NCBI GenBank assembly: GCA_965655095.1
Contig: OZ296649.1
Coordinates: forward strand, 27,094,001-27,158,000
Direction: 5' to 3'
From: Haplodiscus bocki
Lineage: Eukaryota
Length of the DNA stretch: 64,000 nucleotides
Positions 25,167 to 37,549 of the stretch are shown in pieces (within the stretch, counting starts at the first letter, position 1; the number at the start of each line of letters is the position of its first letter). The notes beneath the pieces were generated by a model. It searched no databases. It worked only from the letters and a program-made list of their open reading frames with translations, and was not told where the DNA came from. The position numbers were made by a program, and so were the translations under genes.

Positions 25167-25868
25167 AGTCTCATGTTCACCATAATAAATGAAGTCATTG
25201 AAACCAAAACATGCATTGTTATCAAAATTTTTTGCTGTAACAAGTAAGTTAGAAATGTAGTAAATTTCTGGCTAAAAAAACGCCGCAAGACGAGATGAAT
25301 CGTCACTCTGGGACTGGCACAACAACTAAGTCACAAGATGATCACGTGACACGTTTTGGGCAATTGTAAAATTTGTTCTGGCTTTTTCTTCAACTTTTCT
25401 ATCTACTTATCTGGGAACGTTTCGGTTTCATTCTGTCTTTCTGTGAACTCATTTCCATTCATGGATATCACTGGATTCTTCCAATCGGATAATGGTCCTT
25501 TTTCCACAGGCCGGAAGAGTTTGAATAGAGGAAGTGTTTTACACTGAAACAGTGCCTCAGTCCGGGACAGATGAAATTGAAACTTAGATTCAGAATTTAT
25601 TGACAATTTTATAAACCTCAAACCTTTTTAACATTTTAAACTAACCCTATTATTGATTCATAATGTTTATTTCAAATTGATTGAGCTGACCACAAAAAAA
25701 ACTAAGAAGAGAAATAATTCAATTCTTTGAAAGGTGCTTCCAACTAACCAAAAAAAAATTGTGATCCACGCATCCAAGAATCTTGTCCGTTCACCAATAA
25801 GCTGCTGTCACCAATAGTGTAAAACAAAACTTAAACCTGAAAAAGAAGTTTACGACTTGAGTCGCTAG

Positions 25869-28586
25869 AAATTTCAGCATGAGGCAAAGTCTATGTTCAC
25901 AACAACATAACCACGGTGGTTTTCACTTGCGCACGCAACTCCAGGCTTTACAATCGGATGGTGAGTGGGCGCTGTTGGTATTCGTGTCAAGAGTCTAGTG
26001 CAGGTTTATCTTTCGCTATGTGGAGAGCCTCCGCGGTTAACAGCCATTTTTGGTTGTTGCTCGCCGCGAGTACATCAACTGTCAAATCTTGATTTCCGTT
26101 GCAGCCTTGAAGGTGTTCACCAACCGACGCCGATGTCTTTTGTTGCTCAGAGAGTCTTGTTGTAAGATGTCGTACCGTTTGGCCGACATAGCAGGAATTG
26201 CATCCCAAACACAATTTTTGCAAACAACCTTACTTCTGAGTTCCTTCGGAATCGGGGCCTCGAGAGTTGGCTAGGCTGTCTTAAGTTTCCTTGTCGTGAA
26301 AATAACTGAGCACGTAGCTTTTTTCTGAGTTTGGCGGAAGATTGATAAGATATTCGGCCTCGAATCACAAATAATTTTCTATTTGGACGCGCTTTTCCTT
26401 GGTGTTGCAATTTGGTGTCTGGCTGTGGCCTAGCCTCATCCAATAATATCTTCTCGATCGTGTTTCTGATAAGAGGGGAATAGAAGGATGGAGGATATTG
26501 GTTGGTTTCAATGCATCTGGTGAGCTTGTTTACAGCACTGTCAAATTTGGCCCAATTCGACGTAGTGTGGTGGATACGGTGGATTGCGCCCGGTGTATTA
26601 CGGTGGTACGATGTTTCGTTGTATATTTCGTGGGAGCACAAGCCTATTAGGATAGGTATACAACTGTGTCAGAGGGCTTTGTGTACAAGGATGTGCTCAA
26701 CTTGTTTTGGCTGCGGGTAACCAGCAAGTCGAGAAAAGCAAGTTCGATGTTTATATCGTGCTCGACTGTGACTGCAAGGTTCGGATGGAGCGCGTTAGCT
26801 GTTTTGAACAATTTCTCAACATCGTCGAGTTTTACTGACCGTATTGTGTCGGCCACAGAACGTGCAAGTAGCTTCGCTGGCTCAGAAGGAGGTTCGATCG
26901 TGTTCGAGTGGGGTGCTGTTTGCGACCATCCGCACGTCCATTCGCCTTCTTTTAATTTTTGAAGTTGAAATCGAGCGGCTGGTGCATTGGTGGTGAAACC
27001 AAACACGGCAACTGCAACATTGAACGGAATTACCGCAAAGTTTCCGCTGCATGCCCCGCATGGAGAAAGCACACCTGCCACGACTGGAAAAACTGTCCCG
27101 GGCCTATCACTCGGCATGAAATTTCTTCTTCTGCAGTTACATTTTCGAGCTGTTTCATCCTAATGTTTGCAAGGTAACTAGCAAGTTTTGACCCCATCGC
27201 TAATCCGTCCATTTGCCTGTACCAGGTTTCACGACAAAGTATGTCTACGTTTCTGACCGCTACGGACATGAGTTCAATAAATTTTTCCTTCGAGAAGTCA
27301 ACGGTGGTGGCCCTGGCGTACACCAAATCAGCAGTCATGCTTATGGATTCCTCAACCGGTACGCTTGTGTACAGCGATTTTACATCTAACGATATCAGCA
27401 CATCATCAACTTCCAGTGTTGTGGACACTAGCTCATCCGTAATCTTGCTTCAGGACGTTTCTATCTGTGCCGCAAGTAATTTCTACAACCATTCCGCAAG
27501 AGCATTAGTATGTGGCTCATCAATTTTTTTAGCCTGTTGTCGAACTTCTCTTCAATCTTGATTGTAATGGGCTTTCTCGTGGTGCCTGAAAGAGAAGTGT
27601 TTGGCTTTACAAACTACCGGTGAGTAAGTACTCTGTCACATCTCTTTAAAAAGTCATCCTCTGTCATAATGCAGTATCCGATGCCCTTATCAAGAGGTAC
27701 CGCATTCGAGCCATTATTCTTCTTGTAAGCCACTGTTTTGGTGAAGGCACGATCCGAGGACTGCCGTTCTGCCAATTGGACAAACCAGTTGGCAATATCA
27801 TTGAGATCGTTACATACGTCAGCATCCGTGTTCTGAGACAGGAAGTCCATGTCAGCTAAGATGTTCATATCATCAAGTTTGTCTCGAATAGGGTGTTTGG
27901 GACCGAACGACATTAGGTCCAATGCAGATTGAGGAGGGTTGATGTCACACATTATTCTCACAGTGCTCTTGATGTTCCGTAGCGGTTTTTCCTGTTTCGT
28001 AGCACGCTCCTGGAGTTTCTTCTGATGTCGTGAGGAAACCTCACCATTCGTAACACGACAGCGGTAGCGGATGAACAGGATGAAAGTTGGCAACAACAAA
28101 ACTGGACAGTTTTCCTTGAGTGCACTCCGAACGTCGTTAAGTCGGTTGGTTGCATGCTCAAATATTCTGCAAGCCTTGCCCAATTCAGCCTTCAAGAGGC
28201 GTCTCTGGAAGTCCTGCACAATAGCGGGCTCGAAACAGCTGTTTTCGGGGATCTGGAATCACAAATTTTTAGCTCACATTGTTGATTAAACACTTTTCCC
28301 GGAAAAGCGATGAGCAGCTCAGTAATTTGAGTCTTCTCGATGCACTTTCGGTATGCCAAGAAAAACTTCCACGCATTGTATAGGAGCAATGTCTTTTTCA
28401 GAAGTCGAAAGGCAAGGAATATTGACGGATGTTTACTTGAAGAACAATGTCAATGAAATTTTTTTGAGTTTACACTCATCATCAGCAAAACAGTCTGAAA
28501 ATACCCAAAAAAATCAAGCATGAAGTTAGTCAAATCAGTAGGGAAAAATTTTAGCATGAGGTGAAGTCTATGCTCACAACAACATA
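25869..28586 (-). mobile_element. Penelope-like element (RT plus C-terminal GIY-YIG endonuclease) bounded by a 41-bp direct repeat
   Basis: LMSFGPKHPIRD, VPLDKGIGYCIM, LISLDVKSLYTSVP, YRQMDGLAMGSKLASYLANI, ARSVADTI (eroded RYVDD), LAFLDLLV, LYTKPSDT, NQYPPSF; EN CLGCNSCYVGQTVRHLTTRLSE...EALHIAKDKPALD. 25869-25909 and 28546-28586 are 37/41 identical. Confidence 0.9.
26926..27063 (-). other. PHD finger inserted within the Penelope RT
   Basis: With two frameshifts reads PCGAC..-GNSVQCCSCRVWFHHQCTS..-LKEGEWTCG: C4HC3 spacing with the conserved W-x-C. Confidence 0.7.
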
Positions 28587-30410
28587 GCTATTCGTACGTG
28601 TGACACTTGTAATAAATTTTCTTGAGAATCAACTGAGTACTTCAAATTTGTGTTCAATTGTTTCTTCAGTAGTGTTTGTAGCGCCACGGCCCTTTTAAAA
28701 CCAGTCAGCCTTCTTCGATTTTCTCAAGTTTTCCTTCGGCGCAAGTGTTGCGAGTTTTAGCTTCGGCTCTGTGCTAATGATTTGAAATACGGAGTTTCCA
28801 AATTGTTGTTTAGCAAAAGAGAAGTTTTCGAAAACTAACCGTCGAATTGCGCGCGTTGCAAATTACTTTCTTTTCTTGGTACAAGAAATTTCGTTGCAGT
28901 GGCATTAAAAAACTATCCTATTTTTTCTGACGGATTTTTTTTGCTTCTTCCTTCGAAGTCGTTTCTCCCGGGATTTTACTGCATTTTTCTTACTGCAATG
29001 TGGGGACTTGTGCAGAGAGCGAGACGTGCCAGTTCTTACCTTCCATGCGAAGTTTCGTGACTTGTTTTTGAAATAAAAGAAATTACTTCGCGTCTTTTTT
29101 CGAAGCTGTTTTTCTCCACGACAACTGGTTGGATTGGGGCTCTCAAATGCTCATGAAAAATTCTCAAAAGGGTCGCCTGTAGAGACACTGGGATACCTTT
29201 GCTGTGATTTTTTTGTGCTTCATTCAATTTTCCTCAAGTATTTCACTTGCGTCCCTTTTTAGAGGTGATTATGTCAAAGAGTTGAAACCAGCAATGAAAT
29301 GCTTCACATGGGGATTCTGATAAAGAGCAGAGCCTCTTTTTTATAGGTTTCATGAAGATTGCGTAAAATATTTGTACTTGTTATTTCGAAATGAGAAAGT
29401 TTTTCTTTGCGTCCTTTTTCAAAGTTGTTTTTCGAAGACTAGTTTTTGGTTTGTGGCCGTCAAGTTTTCCTAATTCCGCGATCCAAATAAAAATTGAAGA
29501 AGAGCTGGAAAGACCTTTTTAAGCATGTTTTTCTGCATTGCCTTTTCAGTTGAATCTTTTTGTCTTTGTTTTTTTCTTTTCATATTGAAATTAACGACTT
29601 TCAAAACTTTTCTTCTGATGGATATTAGTCACTGCCCTTCCTCAACTTCGTCCTAAGTGTGTGGCAAGCGAAGCTTCCCCTCTGTATTCAAAATTATTTT
29701 TCCATTTCTCCAGAATTGCAATGGTGAAAAATGCTGAATTAGAGGGTCTCGAATTTTGGAGTTGTCCGGTTTCGATGAACCAAAAACTATTGTAATCTTA
29801 TCAAAAATCTCAGAGTTTTGCTTTTACAGTTTTTTTTCACCTGTTACTTATTGAGATTTTGAGCCTTGGAAACCTTGAGTAAACAGTCGAAAACCTTTTT
29901 TTGTCAGGAACTTTTTCATTTTCGGGTTGTTACTGTGCAGACTTCTAAAACATTGGGCAGAAAAATCGCATAACTTGAAAAGACATTTTTTACATATCAA
30001 ATTTTTGACGATCGGAGCCTGTGACAGAAATTTGCCTCAAGTGAAGGTTTTTTGGGATTCCCGATCTCACCAAAGAAGTTATAATGTGTTGCGAAATTTC
30101 GATTCGCGTCTGTGCTAAAATTATTTTCAGTTGAATTTTTCAGATGGCGTGAATTTCGCTTACTTTCTCTTTTTTGACGATGTTAGTTTTCGCGCTTTTG
30201 TGCCTGGTTTAGTTAATGCCGAAGTCCTTTTCGCCTTGCAGGGCTATGCTTTGTCTTGAAAATTTTATCTGGGAATTTTGCTAGAAAAAATTAAGGTAAG
30301 AATCTAGTCTTGCCCTAATATGATTGCCCTAATCACGGTGTCAAATAAAACATCAAAAAGCAGGAAGTATGATGAACTGGACTGATTTTCAGAAAAGTTG
30401 AAATTTCTAG

Positions 30411-30696
30411 AATGTTCTGGAAGGATACAATGGCACTGTGTTTGCGTATGGACAGACAGGGTGTGGGAAGTCGTTCTCCATGCAAGGCATTGTGGACCCG
30501 GCCACTCAGAGAGGCGTCATCCCTCGGGCGTTTGATCACATTTTCGAGGCTGTCTCAGTAACCAAAGACAAGAAGTATCTCGTGCACGCGTCCTACTTGG
30601 AGATTTACAACGAACAAGTGCGAGATCTCTTGTCTAAAGATGCTAAAAGACAGCTTGACTTGAAGGAACATCCTGACAAAGGTGTCTATGTCCATG
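30411..30696 (+). CDS. KIF17: KIF17-like exon 2 (P-loop)
   Basis: ttctag acceptor; NVLEGYNGTVFAYGQTGCGKSFSMQG...SYLEIYNEQVRDLL...LKEHPDKGVYVH; phase-1 donor gttagt. Confidence 0.95.
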
Positions 30697-31999
30697 GTTA
30701 GTACCTCATTTTCATCATCTCTCAAATTTAACTGTACCTAATATCGGTACTCTAATTTGTGACACCTAAACTAAATGCTGGCTGTATTGCCCTTAAAAGC
30801 GGTTCTTTCATTTCATCAAAAGTTTTGGTGAAGACTCAATGTTCAAGGGCCCAAGGGACATTTTAAAAAAAATAGAGCTTTCCGTTTGCTCATCGTATTT
30901 TCAAATTGGTCAGTGTGTATTTAGTCGGCGCTTTCATACAAAAAGACGACTCCTGTTGTGTCTTTGTTTTCAGGCTTAAAGTGGTAGCATTCGTCTGTCT
31001 AAGGTCATTTTTTGGTATCTCCCGGATACTATTACCGTTGAGTTCGTCTAATTTTGCGCATCAAGGTTTATATTTGCCTTCGTTCGCACGCGAGTGCCCT
31101 AGTTAGTTCAATCGAGTTTCGAGTGGCGGAACCTCGGTTATTCATGTCACCTTCGACTTGATGCATGCAAAGTGAATCAGCTCTTTCGGTGGATGCTGAG
31201 TCATTCAAATTTTCTCTGATGTTTTGTCAGTTTTCTTGCATGATTTGAACTCTCCCCAAAACTCTGCAGCTAAGCTAAACTTCAAGTGGAATTCCCTTCT
31301 TTTCAATATCGAAGGTGAAGATATTGTTAGAACGAGGTCATCCGATTTTTCAGGTTTGGTAAATGTGGTTATGATGTAAATCCACAACTGATAATACGTG
31401 TCATGAGTTGCGTGACAGTAATCTAACTGAGAGTTATATGGTTGATTGCCCAGCTGGGTTGCTTACTTTTTACTGTATTTTTGGTGAGACCGCTAAGGTG
31501 CTACATGAAATAGAGACTTTTTGTAACTACAGGAAAAGATTTGCTTTTCATTTTTTTTTCGTTTTTTGGCTACTTCAAAATTTATTTTGAGATTCTCTGA
31601 AGTTCTTTTTTGAAAAAGACCTTTCAGTGGAGTTGCCATTTCATCGATTTCCGCTTTTTATTGTCTCCAAAATCGTTTTCTCAGTTCTCAGTAACCACCA
31701 ATAAAAATTTGCGGATTGAGCGCTTCATCAAAATCAAGATGTATTTGTGATGGATCTTACGCAACAGATTTGAGCCTTCTACTACTTCAATTAAAAAATG
31801 ATTAGCTATACGAAAAAGTACAACGGTTGACTATGATCGACATTCAAAATTGTTTTCTTTGGCGACTTGCAATTCAATCTTCCTCCGTGAGTGCCCAATC
31901 AAATGATAAATAAATCGGAAAAGATCTCATAGATCAAATTTGGACCTTCTTTTTCCTCCGTTAATGAAAAAATGCTGATCAAAAATACCAAAAACACGA

Positions 32000-33250
32000 T
32001 ATTGCTTGACTATGATCAATTTTCTAGTCTTTCTGAGAGATAATCCTTTCAGTTCTGTTTTGTGACTGGGTTAATCAAAAACTAACTATATCTCGTGGAA
32101 CATTTATAGGCCTCCTTTTTTAAAAATTTGCATTTTTTTAGATCAAAAAGGTGCAACTGCATCCAAACACTACGTGTCCTAATTTGACTAGACAGTTGTG
32201 TTTTCGTAATCAAAGCTCACAAACTTTCGGAAAAAAATGCGAACTTAGCAATTTAAGCTTTATAATGGCCTAGCAAAAAATGTGGAAATCCGGCCTCTTC
32301 TCTCGATTTCGATCAATGTTTTCAAACAGAAAATATAGCTTAAAAGTTTGATAATTTGTAGGTTTTGTACTTTTTGAAAATTTGCATATAAGCAGGAATT
32401 TGCAGGAAAGCGGTGAACAAAACGCTACCTCGTTGAAAATTGTGATTGGGAAAAGCTATGACAAAAGCGTAAATAAACAGTAGAGACATTTACTCACCCG
32501 CTCGCTTGCCTCTGAAAAAAATGAAGGTCCTACAATAGGACATTGGGGAACTCTGTATTCTATCAATTTCATTAGATAAGGATACTTTTTAACGAAAAAC
32601 TCTGGTCTTTGACATAGATAGGAATGAATCCGTTCTAAAGCAACAACATGTTTGCTATGTCGTATGCTATGTCTCATCGAGTGGAATTTTATGGTTGATC
32701 AAATCAAAAGTTTTCTTTAGATCCAGCAATACACACCTAAAGTCATTAAGATGTTCCTTGTTATTCTTCTCAGTCCTTCCAGGGCCAGAGCATCAACGGC
32801 GCTGTGATGGGGACGGAATCCCAATTGTTTATCATGAAAAGGAATCAAAAAATTCATATGTGGTTGAAATACACTTTCTAGTACTTCACTGAGGAACTGT
32901 AATATGAAATTCGGGCGGTAATTATCGAGAGTCGATTTTAAACCGGAGCTGCAAATTGGAGAAATTTCTGAAATAGCTTTATTAATCGTTCAGAGATTGC
33001 ACTACGTTTGCAATGTCAAAATTCAGTTGCTGAATACAACATTGAAATATCATTGCAAAGTATTAATTAAATCCGCTGTACAGTTCGTATTTTTTTTCCA
33101 ATTTTATGGTAATAATGAAAGCCTTTGCTACGTCAATTGGTTCCACATTAAGTCCTCCAGAGTGATCTAAGATTGGGTAATCGATACCTTTCATCGTTCT
33201 TCTAGTCAATTTGCTGAGCTCTTCGAAAGAAAAGGAATCGGCTTGTTATT
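32000..33250 (-). mobile_element. Decayed LINE RT fragment
   Basis: Minus strand: DNYRP (~32920), DKQLGFRPHHSAVDAL, VLLDLKKTFDLINHKI, SYLCQR...RVPQCPIVGPSFF (cf. GVPQGSILGPLLF). Confidence 0.75.
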
Positions 33251-33299
33251 CAATTCCATCAGATTCTCACCAAGAAAATTTTTCGTATCATGATTGACC

Positions 33300-34020
33300 C
33301 AATTATGGACATGTGGAGTACAACATTCGGCTCAGTTATACTGTGTGAGGAGTCCTATTTTTTGTAACGTCCTATTGAGGACCAGGATCATTCTAGGAAC
33401 GCTCCTCTTCGAGTTCCTGGTTTCGCTTCCCAGTATCCCGGGAGGTCGTCGGAATGGGTCCGTAATTTACCAGAAATTGTGAGGTCAAAAGAAACTCGTC
33501 CAACTTCGACTCTGCACCTAGAAGTCTGTTTTTAGTCCTACTCGATTTCTGGGAGATCTTTCAGTCACCCGTCAATTTGCTCAATGAGTCAATTTGTTCA
33601 GAAACTTGAGTAATGTATTCTTCGTTGATCTTGGGAGCATTTGTCTCGAGACCCGGTCTTCCTCTTGCGTGTACCCCTTCACCGCTGTCAGCCTTCTGTT
33701 TTTCCTCAATGTTGCCTTTGTGGATACAAACCAATAATTTTGGACACTGAATTTTATGACAAAATAAAACTATCAAATAAGGTACAACTTTTTATGGATT
33801 TCTGAACAGTTCTGTTGTGTTCAGTACCTTCGTTTCTCCTATTTATACCCCCGGGAAAAATGTGTTTACACGCCAAGTCGAGATAGAAGGTACGGAAAAG
33901 TACTGAAAGTTGAGAAGCATCCAAAAGGTACGGAAAAGTACTGAAAGTTGAGAAGTATCCAAGTGGAAATGGACTCAGGCGGGAGATAATCTTCCATCCA
34001 TACCTTCCATAATAAGTCCC
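33300..34020 (-). mobile_element. Truncated LTR element: probable 5' LTR (~33770-34020) plus start of the first ORF
   Basis: Minus strand starts TGTTAAAATATC at 34020 and has a TATAAATAG box (~33838-33847). It is followed by the EEYITQVSE ORF also seen at 2690-2992. Confidence 0.5.
33887..33962. repeat. 38-bp tandem duplication within the putative LTR
   Basis: aaggtacggaaaagtactgaaagttgagaag(c/t)atccaa twice, 1 mismatch. Confidence 0.9.
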
Positions 34021-35640
34021 GTATCTTCGATATTTTAACAGAAATGGGACGGATCTAATCAGTCGGGAATGGAAAGAAAAGTAGTTATGCCCGCGCTGAC
34101 AATGTAGTCATCAACAAAGCTGTACTAAATATTGCCTTTTTCGGGGAAAATTGTCAGTATTTGCTGATCAACGAAATGAACGGTTACAGATAATTCTTGT
34201 GAAAAAAGTGGCAATTACCTTCGAAAAATGAGTTGAAACTAGGAGAGTTCCCAAGGGGCTCTTTATTTGTACTGAGATTTACCTGTATTGCTCCGGAGTT
34301 TTATTGTTTTCTAGAGGTGAAGGACTAGAATGATTGAGTAATGCAGCAGACTGAAGTAAGTACACTTTGGCGAATTTGCTTTCTTACCTCAATTTTTCAG
34401 AATGAGAATGAGTTAATGACGTCACCAGACTGGTAGTTACGGATCACGTACGGAGCAAATAATGATTCCATGAATTTTAATTGCTAAAATAAAACTGCTT
34501 TGCTTTTATAAATGAAAGGTCACATTTTGCAGTGAAATTTTGATAGTCGTAACAATCTCTTCATATTACTTTTAAGGGCTGATTCATGCAAAATTAACCA
34601 AAGTAAAATAAACAAAGCACATTTAATTTATGGAGAATTTAGATAAATACTAGTTTGCTGCGTACTTTTCCCGTCCATTCGGGATCAGTATAGTGAAAAA
34701 TTATACGTATATATATACACATATCATCAGGGATCGACAAATTTAATCGTGTTCTGATTTATGAGAGAGTTCATCAGTTCTTCTTGGGTTTCGCGGATGT
34801 TCCCTCTGCTGGAATTACTTGTCCTCAAGATTTGCTTCGACTTTCTCCCGTTTTCTAGGTAAAGACGTACCAGGGGTCAATCTTATCTTTCTTTGAAGAA
34901 GGTTTCTTGGGGAGAGAGAGGCTCGAAGAGACGGATGAGCTCCAGCATTCGTCTGTGTAGAGTGTACTAATGTCCGGTGATCTATACCGTGGGTCGGTGG
35001 AACTAGTAGTCATAGAGGGCATTGTTGTTTCTGTAACTTCCTCTGTGGTTGAAGATGCTGGTGATTGGGGACAGCTATCATGGGTTGGTTTAGCGATGTT
35101 GTCTTGGGTCGTTATTTGCGCAGGGACCACTGTATTGAATGGTTGGACAGGAAGTCGCTCTGGCTGGGGAACGATTGGTGTCGATCTCTTTGCTGTGTGA
35201 GGGTTTCCGACCCCAATGGTGTCCGACGGTAGGGTCACGAGTAGTGATTGCCGAGATGTTATGAATGATTTTATAGAGATCTCCATTCCCATCGTTCCCG
35301 GTGCAAACGTGAAGTTCAGGACTGGTCGCGGGTGTCTGCTCTTGTTTAAATGCCTGAATCAAAAGCACTTCGAAATCAATCAAAGAAAAATCACAAGAGT
35401 ACTTGCTGATACTTTTGACTTTTAATTTTAATTTGAATTTAGTTTTAAAAGTGGAGCTACTGAATTGGAGCTCAGGACTTGGTCGAGGAATTGAATAAAT
35501 ACTTGAATATTTGGTAGCCCCATAAGACGTGATTTTCCTATGTTGTTTTCGCGGTCAAAGTTAGGATTCATAACCTAAAGGGTTATCGGTGTGGCTTGAT
35601 GTTGATAGGATGTAAACAATGAAGGATGTGAACGTTTTGA
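34021..35640 (-). mobile_element. Repeat family A copy 2, with an upstream Ser/Thr/Pro-rich ORF tail (retrotransposon 3' region)
   Basis: Inverted homology to 1440-2290. ORF 34855-35292 is low-complexity, like post-integrase tails. Confidence 0.45.
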
Positions 35641-35732
35641 TTTGAGACTTTGAGTATCGTTCTTCAGTGTATCCCTGAAAAATCATGCTGACGCCATTGC
35701 TGGTGGACATATTCATTAGCATTTGAGATTTT

Positions 35733-36242
35733 AACAAGACGGCCGGCTACCACCGGTATATTTCGCGCCTTCCCAATTGGGAAAAGATGCAATTTTAAAA
35801 GATGAAAACGTTTTTTTCCTCGAAAAGAAACTTCTTCATGTTTCCTAATTTTTCTAACGTTCAAACTTTTCTGTTTTCTTTTTGCCAAAAAACCTCATAA
35901 GGTGTGCGGTAAAAAAACACTTTTGAGAAATTTTACCAAATGATAGGCATTCTAAACAAATTTACTACCTTCAGCGATTTTTTTTTAAAAAATCAAGATT
36001 TTCGAAAAACCCATCTTTTTCATCCCAATTGTCGAACGTTTTAGAAACTTACTATTTCAGTCGCATTCTACGTCAAATTTGCTACAACTTGATGGAAAAA
36101 ATTGACATTCAGACACGTGAACAACGGATGTCGTGAGCTCGTTTACGCGACCTCGATTGGCAAACATGGGGTAAAAAAGTGCACCTATTTGAGAAGATTT
36201 GGCTTTCCGTATTTTCAATATAGCGCAAAATAGTAATATAAT
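35733..36242. mobile_element. Non-autonomous dispersed element, copy 2 (no tandem array)
   Basis: Colinear with 3001-3845 at both ends; CCGG-ctacca-CCGG hairpin near the left end. Confidence 0.7.
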
Positions 36243-36279
36243 GAAGCCATATAAATCTACCAATTTTAAAACCACGTGG

Positions 36280-37450
36280 TCTCTCCTAATGAAGAGACAG
36301 ACTACGGGGCCTGGGAATGTCTGAAAATTAGTCAGTGGAAAGCAAAGTCTCCTTTTGCGGAGAGCGATTGGAGTACTAGAGAGGCTCTATCAATTCCGTA
36401 CAATTCCATTGTGTTTTCCAGTCGCCTTGAGCAATTAGAGCCGGAGAAAGTAGGATAAACCATGGATGGAGATGGTGACTTGACTGAGCTCCCCTAGTGA
36501 ATCGATGAAACTAGCGATGATGATGAATGAGATCGTTGGTGTGGTCGGGAAGATGTTTATATGGGTTTTAGTGGTCTATTTGGAGGTTTTCACGTTTGAG
36601 GAGGCTTTGAGGAAATCAAACGTCGATGTTCCCTTGGAGTTGGGGGGATTTTTGATACATCCGGACTGCCTACGTGTGAATGTTGTGATTTGTAATTTAC
36701 TCTAGTCGTTGGCTAGTATACACACATACTGGCCACTCTTTGCTTTTATACGGCTTGTTTTCGTACGCGCGCTGATTAACAAGGACTGCTTGAGAATTTT
36801 CGTTGTTCTAGTGTATGATTCGTCCGGTGAAGGTGTGGCTTGATCCGGGTGTTGCCAGAGTAGCCGCTACAGACTCTGAATTTGAAATTGGTAGAGCTAC
36901 CTTGAAAGAAAAGTAGTGCATGAGAATTGCTATAACAGGTTCTCTCACGGCATCTTCTTGTAGTTGGTGCGGGTCAAGTTTGCTGTTTATTCGGTGCTGT
37001 GTGATGTGTGTAACTTAGTGTATGTGATACCTTTCCAGTTGAGTTGCCAGAGCTTTCTGGAACTGATAACGTGTCTACCGGATTGGATACGGATGTTCAG
37101 CCGAAAAGTAAGGGGGCTACTGTAACTGAATGTTTGGTCTGTTAGCTGGTAATACCGCTGATGTTACGCCTCCTGTGAGTTCAAGTAATGACCGCAGCTG
37201 CGAGCTTCTTAAGCAAGTGTATGAGGTGGCTGTTACTATGTTTCAAGTGAACAGAGTTCTTGTTTTTACTTTTGTTTTTTTTGTAGCCCAGTTTCGTGCT
37301 AGTCTGGCTAACACTACAATCCGGGCCACTGTACATCATTTACTTAATATTTGTCCTTTAGTGATTGAGAAGTTGCGTGTTTTACATCTTGATGATCAGT
37401 TGGTGTCATTATCTCTAGTTGTACGTCCGTATGGTTTTCAAGACGTATTG
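36280..37450 (-). mobile_element. Highly decayed Gypsy-like integrase/3' region
   Basis: Only weak, frameshifted resemblance to integrase C-terminal segments. Confidence 0.3.
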
Positions 37451-37549
37451 TGTAGACAGACTTGAAGGAATTATTGAACAACTTGATCCAGGGACCTTCC
37501 CAGAGTGTGCAGCGGCTTATTGCCTGCCTATATCAGTGACGAGGAAATG

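Larger units (their letters stand above)
13700..25700 (+). mobile_element. Ty3/Gypsy LTR retrotransposon with macrodomain, accessory ORFs and env (errantivirus-like organisation), decayed
   Basis: Order RT-RNaseH-integrase, Pro-rich linker, macrodomain, several unknown ORFs, env. LTRs and gag not identified; limits approximate. Confidence 0.8.

Noticed and set aside
25260-25700. 3' LTR of the env-bearing Gypsy
   Set aside because: No matching 5' copy found around 12400-14500 and no clear TG...CA or PPT, so not called.
28620-30300. Possible decayed DNA transposon
   Set aside because: No motif could be read with confidence.
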